Assembly (NCBI GenBank): GCA_030341885.1
Contig: CASHTH010000349.1
Span: 64,001 to 79,632, forward strand
From: Geodia barretti
Lineage: Eukaryota
Direction: 5' to 3'
DNA length: 15,632 nt
The notes below the pieces were generated by a model. That model saw nothing but the letters and a program-made list of their open reading frames with translations, had not been told where the DNA came from and did not search any database. Position 1 is the first letter of the stretch. Each line of letters opens with the position of its first letter. Made by a program: the position numbers and the translations under genes. Below, piece by piece: positions 8,432 through 15,632 of the stretch.

Positions 8432-9858
8432 CTAGCTGGCGGCAGCGCATAGCTGGTCAAACAGCGCCTCCTGTGAAGGAAAGAGACAGAGTATTAGACA
8501 AGTAGAGAAGATCATTATTCCCACCTTCTCCAAGTATTCCTTCACAAACAGGTGTTCAGGGTGACCGTCTTTGAGCTGGGAGAGATACCTGTACGCCACC
8601 TGCACACACATCATTAATTTGATGGTGATTGAATCAGGTTCAACAGTAAATGCAAGTCAAGTGCACAAACAATTCAATGAAGCCCAGGGCAACAGCAGTG
8701 CCGGCAGGTGGAGCTGTGTGACATACCTCATGAGGCTTGTGAAGGTACTGAGATACTGCCACTAGGTTCACCAGTGTCTCTGGATTGTTGTTATCCTATA
8801 TATATATAAGAGCCAAAGTGAGAGTTCTTAACAAGGAACCGACTCTCTTTCTCACCTTGGAGAGGGCCTCAAGCAGAAGAGACTCGGCATCTTCGTACTT
8901 GGCCTGGTGGATGTAGGAGACAGCCTGGCCATTCAGGAGCAGAGGAGTGGGTGTGGTCTTGTCAGCCATCTCCTGGAATATGTAGTAGGAGTCCTGGTAT
9001 TTCTCCCCTCCGACCCCCAGCCCCACCCAGGCCTGGGAGAGCTGGGTGAGAGTGGAATCGTCGTCTTTCTCTTGCATCCCACGAACCTCCTTCCTACACA
9101 CAGACAGTGGAACAATTAACATTTGTAAAATGCAACCAGATCTAAGATAGAGCATAAAAATTTTTTGCTTCCATTCAAAATGTGCATGATTTAATGCAGT
9201 ACACACTTGGCAAGGTCGACTCTGTGCATAGCCAGATAGAGCTGGACTCTCATGGCTGCCCTGAGGGAAAGAGAGACAGAGAGAGAGAGTTGAAAAAGAG
9301 AGAGGAGAGATGTCACACCCACCCCTCCAGAGATTCGGCCTGGTTGAGGCAGCGGAGGGCGGAGTCAAACTTCTGTTCGTAGTAGAAGATGGAGGCTGCC
9401 ATCAGGAGGAAGGTGTCGTTGTCTGCGTCCACTCCGGCATTGATCTTAGTCTCCAGCTCCTTCAGCAGAGCCTCTCTGAACACCAATGGAAGCATAGATA
9501 TTACGGAAGATCCTACAATCATATTCTCACCGTTTCCCTCGGCTGTGGAGATACTGGGCCAGCAGCTTCACTGCCTGCAGCTCAGAGGCAGACGACGACT
9601 TGACTTCGTCAATGACGACGGCGTACTTCCTCTGAGCGATGTATGCTCTGTACATCAGGACGTCGCGTTCCACCCCCAGGGCAGCCGTGGGGGGCTTTAT
9701 TTAGAGAAACACACGTGAAGTCTTTAGTTTTGAGCGGCGGGACGTGTGGTTTAGAGACCTACCCTTATCTTCTGCGCCTCCGTGATGCAGTGCTGGTAGT
9801 TGCCTAGGTAGAATGCCGTACGCACCTCAAACAAAACGTCAACGTCAGAACTCGCCAT
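8432..9858 (-). CDS. cope: Coatomer subunit epsilon (COPE); 8 coding exons
   Basis: Exons on the minus strand: 9763-9858, 9531-9694, 9323-9475, 9207-9260, 8856-9093, 8727-8795, 8525-8599, 8432-8470 (stop TAG at 8432-8434), totalling 888 nt = 295 aa. Matches to human COPE include [151 protein letters not shown] and [19 protein letters not shown]. Confidence 0.9.
9264..9310. repeat. GA-rich purine tract (minus-strand polypyrimidine tract) upstream of cope exon 4 acceptor (9261-9262)
   Basis: agggaaagagagacagagagagagagttgaaaaagagagaggagaga. Confidence 0.75.
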
Positions 9859-9980
9859 TTTCTTTGTTCAAAATTCCACTCCGTGACAATTCGTTAGTTT
9901 AGAACATTACAAACAGCAGCGACTCCTTGCTTGCAGGTTAGGCTGAGCTCTCCTAACCTTCGTGTTGTGGTCTGGGTAAG
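9859..9980. promoter_or_regulatory. Head-to-head intergenic region between cope (ATG 9858, -) and slc22a18 (ATG 9981, +): putative bidirectional promoter / overlapping 5'UTRs
   Basis: Only 122 bp separate the two divergent start codons. The region is not CpG-rich, so the true TSSs may lie inside the neighbouring gene bodies. Confidence 0.4.
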
Positions 9981-11959
9981 ATGCAACGCTCGGCCAACAG
10001 CCTGGGGAGGGAGGAGAGAGATGAGGCAACTAGAAAAAGCTCTGATCTTCGCCGGCGCATGTCTATAGTCATGTACACAGTCATTTTCCTCTACGCTGCC
10101 GCATTCTGGATCCAGACTGGAGTGTTACCAGTGAGTACAAACAACAGACCCCACACCTTCCCTCCACCGCCTCAGTCCCCTGCAGTTCCTCTCCAAGAAG
10201 CTGGGGGACAGACCCTGTAATCTTTGGCTATATGGAGACAGTGTTTGCAGTTGCTATGCTCCTCGGAGGACCTCTGTTTGGTCGCTTTGGAGACATCTTT
10301 GGAGCCAGAGCTGCTCTGCTGCTGGCCTTCCTGTCCTGCCTCTTCACCTACCTCATCCTCTCCTTTGCCACAGGACTCCCGGCTCTGTTCTTCTCACGCA
10401 TCTTTGCCTTCATGATGCACGCAATGCATGGTACAGCCCTCCCACTTTCCCACATTGACACTATTGCACAATTAGTTTTCACTCTGAAATTGGATGAACA
10501 ATCTGGACAGGGGCCCAGATGGTAATGACTGATGTATCTGGAGCTAAAGACAGGGCCGACGCTCTTGGTAAACTGGGTGTGGCTTATGGAGTCGGAATGG
10601 TGGTCGGACCACCAGTTGGAGGTCTGTGATAATCACTAGGGGCTCCCCCTGATGTAATCCTCAACTGCTCAGGGTATGTGACTGTATACTTCAGTGAGCA
10701 ATCGGCGGCAGGTGTTGCAGCTGCTCTGTGTGTGGTTTCCATGGCAATAGTTGTCATGTTTGTACCTCAGTCAACCAAGGACCCATCTCACCTCTCCTCC
10801 AGCAGAGATCCCTACAGTGAGACTGAATTGAGAATATTGCAGCTGTCTGTGAAGTTTTAGTGGGGTTTTAGCAAAAGATTTACCTGTCAGTTCACATTTG
10901 TGTGTTAAAATGGTGTAGCAGCCAGTGATCTGTATGTATGTGTGCTGTAGACTCTGGAGGAGTGGTGAATGTGAAAGCCATTCTGTCCCTCCTCTCCATA
11001 CCTGCCGTGGCCTACGTCATTGGCCTCAAAACGGTGATGGGTGTTCCTGCCGGAGTCTTTCAGGCCATGTTCACCGTCGTTAATATAGAGAGATTGGAGT
11101 TAACGCCAGAAACCAACGGACAGCTTCTGAGCTATATTGGATTTGTTACCATGGTATGTAGTCTCAAGTTGAGTGCAAACACTCTGGCAAACCTTCAATG
11201 ATAATGTATGTGATTGTCCATGGAAATAGACTTGAGAGTTGTCTCACGAAATAATTCTGAAGTACCTTCATTTCCTCAGATAATGCAGGGGTTTGTTGTG
11301 GGGTATATTGGAAGAAGAGTTAGCGACAAAACTACTCTCATTGGTTCAGTTGTAATTGTGGCTCTCTCTTACCTCGTTCTGGTGAGTGGGTGTGGCTTCC
11401 GGGAAAGGGGTTGAGCTTGGTGTGAGTGTCCCCGTTCTGTTCCAGATGGTGACGTCGACACTCTTTCAGCTGTGTCTCATTCTCATTCCAATGATAATGG
11501 GAGGGGCTCTCCTCAATACACTCACCAGCAGTGTTATCACAAAGGTGATCAACTTGATTATGATGTTTCTTACTTTTCATGTTTCGAGCGATCCCTATAA
11601 TTATCCCCCCTTCATTGACTATAGTACAGACTAATTGAGAGAGTGACTAGAAACCTATTTTTTGGGGGAGATTTATGCAGTACTAATATTATAGCAGTAG
11701 CCACATTGCATGGTGGAGATGTGTGAATGTTGTTTCCACTGATTCACACACCTCACAGGTGGTCCCCGATACTGCAACAGGGACCAGCCTCGGTCTGAGC
11801 ATGGCCACACATTCCCTCATACGAACTGTGTCTCCTACTCTTGGAGGCTACATCTACCAGTGGCTGGGCTACCCCGGCTTCGGAGCTCTCGGATTCACTA
11901 CTGGCTCTCTCATGGCAGCTGTACTTATGCTCAGAGGGGGAATCCCCGGAATTAATTAG
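9981..11959 (+). CDS. slc22a18: SLC22A18-like major-facilitator (MFS) transporter; 8 coding exons
   Basis: Exons: 9981(alt. ATG 10059)-10130, 10186-10430, 10511-10621, 10673-10816, 10951-11153, 11280-11381, 11446-11544, 11759-11959 (stop TAG at 11957-11959). Matches to human SLC22A18 include FLSKKLG, IFGYMETVFAVAMLLGGPLFGRFGDIFGARAAL, AQMVMTDVSGAKDRADALGKLGVAYGVGMVVGPPVGG, VNVKAILSLLSIPAV..LSYIGFVTM, IMQGFVVGYIG, and VVPDTATGTSLGLSMATHSLIRTVSPTLGGYIYQWLGYPGFG. Exon 2 carries an apparent +1 insertion in the G5 run 10203-10207 (see findings). Intron 1 is only 55 nt. Confidence 0.8.
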
Positions 11960-12404
11960 CAATTTTCATCAACATCACAATGTATAATGAAGTGCAAACC
12001 CTCGGCACACTCCATAGAAATGTGGAACCCATATATACACAAGTGTGGCACCACCACAATTGATGGTCTTGACCATGCATCAAAAAGAACAGCATGTTAT
12101 GCACCATTTCCATGGATTATTATCAATAGAAATGGGCAGCCCTACAATATCTGTTTGAGGCCCAAAAAATATATAAGGTTGAAAAATTGCCAACCTTTCA
12201 TCTCTCTATTTTCGTATTACCGGTGGCTTGTTTAGTGCAAAAAAAAATTTGCATGCGCGCCGAGGGTTAATAAAAAAATCTGCCACTTTGCTCTTTTCCT
12301 ACACCCACAATCATGTAATTTCACATTTTTATGATGACTTCCTTGTTATAAGAGAATCCACACCTATAAATTAAGCCACTAGGCTCCAGTGTACCAATAA
12401 AAAG

Positions 12405-14312
<1,908 letters not shown>

Positions 14313-14421
14313 TCTAGCCCGAACCTTCTCTATTTAGTGCCCAGTAAAGATCACGTGCGCTGCTTTTGCGCGTGCAAAAAGCCCATTCTTCTCTGGTCTG
14401 GTGCGATGAGAAGAAGCGAAG
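14313..14421. promoter_or_regulatory. Bidirectional promoter region between galt (ATG 14312, -) and the rprd1-like gene (ATG 14422, +)
   Basis: 109 bp separate the divergent ATGs. It contains E-box GATCACGTGC (14349-14358) and the CG-rich stretch gcgctgcttttgcgcgtgc. Confidence 0.5.
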
Positions 14422-15632
14422 ATGTCGTCTTTCTCTGTGGCCACTCTGCAGGAAAAGATGAGTCGACTGTCCGCCTCTCAGGAGAGCATCGAGACACTCT
14501 CGCTGTGGATTATCCACCACAAAGCCTTCGCCAAGACGTCTGTCGCAGTCTGGGCTACAAGTTTCACCAGTGGTGAGTTCTCTCACACGAAAACCCACGT
14601 AGAACGTGCCTCTGAACGCGACAAATGCTCAGCTTTGGTAGCTTCGGTAGCTTCGCTAGAACGTTTTGGCACCTGTTTCTAATTATTTCCCACCTCGATC
14701 GAGCATTGAGGGCTGCCTTCGTATTGTTCTGTGTAAAGACCTTTGGAGCCCTGCCTGCTCAGCTGCCCTGCCTGCTCAATGGCAGCACACACCTTCTTGA
14801 TAACAGTGTCATGGGTCCCGCCCTGAGCAACTCTGCTGCCTTGTGTGTTACCATGTTCTGCAGCTGATGCTGACCATCGGTTGGTGCTGCTGTACCTGGC
14901 AAACGACATCCTCCAAAACAGCCGCAGGAAGAGTGCCGACATGTTTGGGGAGTTGTTCCGTGATCCTCTGCGGCAAGTCGTGCCCCACATCTGGTGAGTC
15001 ATTGATTCACAAGACCACCAGTGTACAGAGAAACCCCTGCACAAGGGGTCCACTGAAATACCCTTCATTCTGAGGTGTTCCTTTTTCAGAACCAAGTGTC
15101 TTTTATAGAGAGGTGTCCTTATTGGATGTTTTACTGAAGTCCACCCACTGTGTGTGTGTGTGTGTGTGTGTGTGTGATCAGTGGGCAGAAGATCCAGAGC
15201 TCAGTGGAGAGGATGCTCAGAATATGGCGGGAGAGAAAGGTCTACGACAAGGCCTTTGTGAAACACTTGGACCAGCTACTGTGTGGTAGCCAGTCGGAAG
15301 AAGAAGAAGGTATCTCTCTCTTTTCCAACCTGGTTTGAGAGATGATGCTTTATTCTTGTTCCTCAGAAGTTGCTGAGACAGCAGTGAGCGTGACCACGCC
15401 TCCTCCAGAGCCAATGCCTGATTTCAAGGTTTGATGGTCGTATTAGTTAACAACTCTTCTATTGTCACTACATTCTCCCCACCCATTGTACTGTGTCACT
15501 GTAGCTGTCTCTGTTGGAGGATGCAGTGCGGGAGCTGAGTAAGTTCCAGGGAGAAATGAGAGTCAAAGAATCCAGTGTTGACAGTCTGCCAATGGATGTG
15601 TGGGATTCCTCCAGTCTCAGTCTTCTCAAAGG
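14422..15632 (+). CDS. rprd1b: CID-domain protein of the RPRD1 (regulation of nuclear pre-mRNA domain-containing 1, CREPT/p15RS) family; 5' part, continues beyond window
   Basis: Exons: 14422-14572, 14864-14993, 15182-15309, 15367-15428, 15505-15632+ (open at window end). Matches to RPRD1 include MSSFSVATLQEKMSRLSASQESIETLSLWIIHH (RPRD1B: MSSFSESALEKKLSELSNSQQSVQTLSLWIIHH), LLYLANDILQNSRRK (..FLYLANDVIQNSKRK) and SVERMLRIWRERKVY. Donors are GTGAGT and GTATCT. Paralogue (1a/1b) assignment is tentative. Confidence 0.75.
15149..15176. repeat. (TG)14 microsatellite abutting the 3' splice site of rprd1-like exon 3
   Basis: ctgtgtgtgtgtgtgtgtgtgtgtgtgtgATCAG|TGGGCAG; the acceptor AG is at 15180-15181, 4 nt after the repeat. 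Confidence 0.95.

Noticed and set aside
12247-12254. Octamer motif ATTTGCAT next to A9/A7 runs and an AATAAA between the convergent slc22a18 and galt 3' ends
   Set aside because: A single 8-mer occurrence in 3' intergenic/UTR sequence. It is more likely part of the poly(A)-signal region of slc22a18 (AATAAA at ~12270) than a regulatory octamer.

Overview
This window is a gene-dense, very compact animal locus that looks teleost-like (vertebrate): six protein-coding genes in alternating orientation, introns mostly 55-350 bp, near-zero intergenic space. No rRNA, tRNA, CRISPR array or clear transposon was found. (1) + strand 273/280-5124: a single-exon gene of about 1,600 codons encoding a coiled-coil protein with an N-terminal PDZ domain and a C-terminal Rab11-FIP-type Rab-binding helix. 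I cannot assign it to a named family, and it is the most interesting element. (2) - strand 5277-8156: an SNX1/SNX2-family SNX-BAR (retromer) sorting nexin, 12 exons. (3) - strand 8432-9858: coatomer epsilon (COPE), 8 exons. (4) + strand 9981-11959: an SLC22A18-like MFS transporter, 8 exons. (5) - strand 12405-14312: galactose-1-phosphate uridylyltransferase (GALT), 13 exons. (6) + strand 14422 to the window end: an RPRD1-family CID-domain protein, partial, with 5 exons visible. Two head-to-head gene pairs have only ~110-120 bp between their ATGs (cope/slc22a18 and galt/rprd1), and one tail-to-tail pair has 152 bp between stop codons (big gene/snx). Three genes carry reading-frame breaks that sit exactly on short homopolymers: G3 and A3 inside the PDZ domain, T3 in snx exon 1, and G5 in slc22a18 exon 2. 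This is the signature of indel errors in the assembly; real lesions are the less likely alternative. Simple repeats present are (AG)13, a (TG)14 directly abutting a 3' splice site, two tandem TTACGTAA palindromes, and several GA/CT-rich polypyrimidine tracts that feed minus-strand acceptors. Several 'M' starts in the supplied ORF track are GTG/TTG codons (280, 267, 8046, 7700), not ATG.
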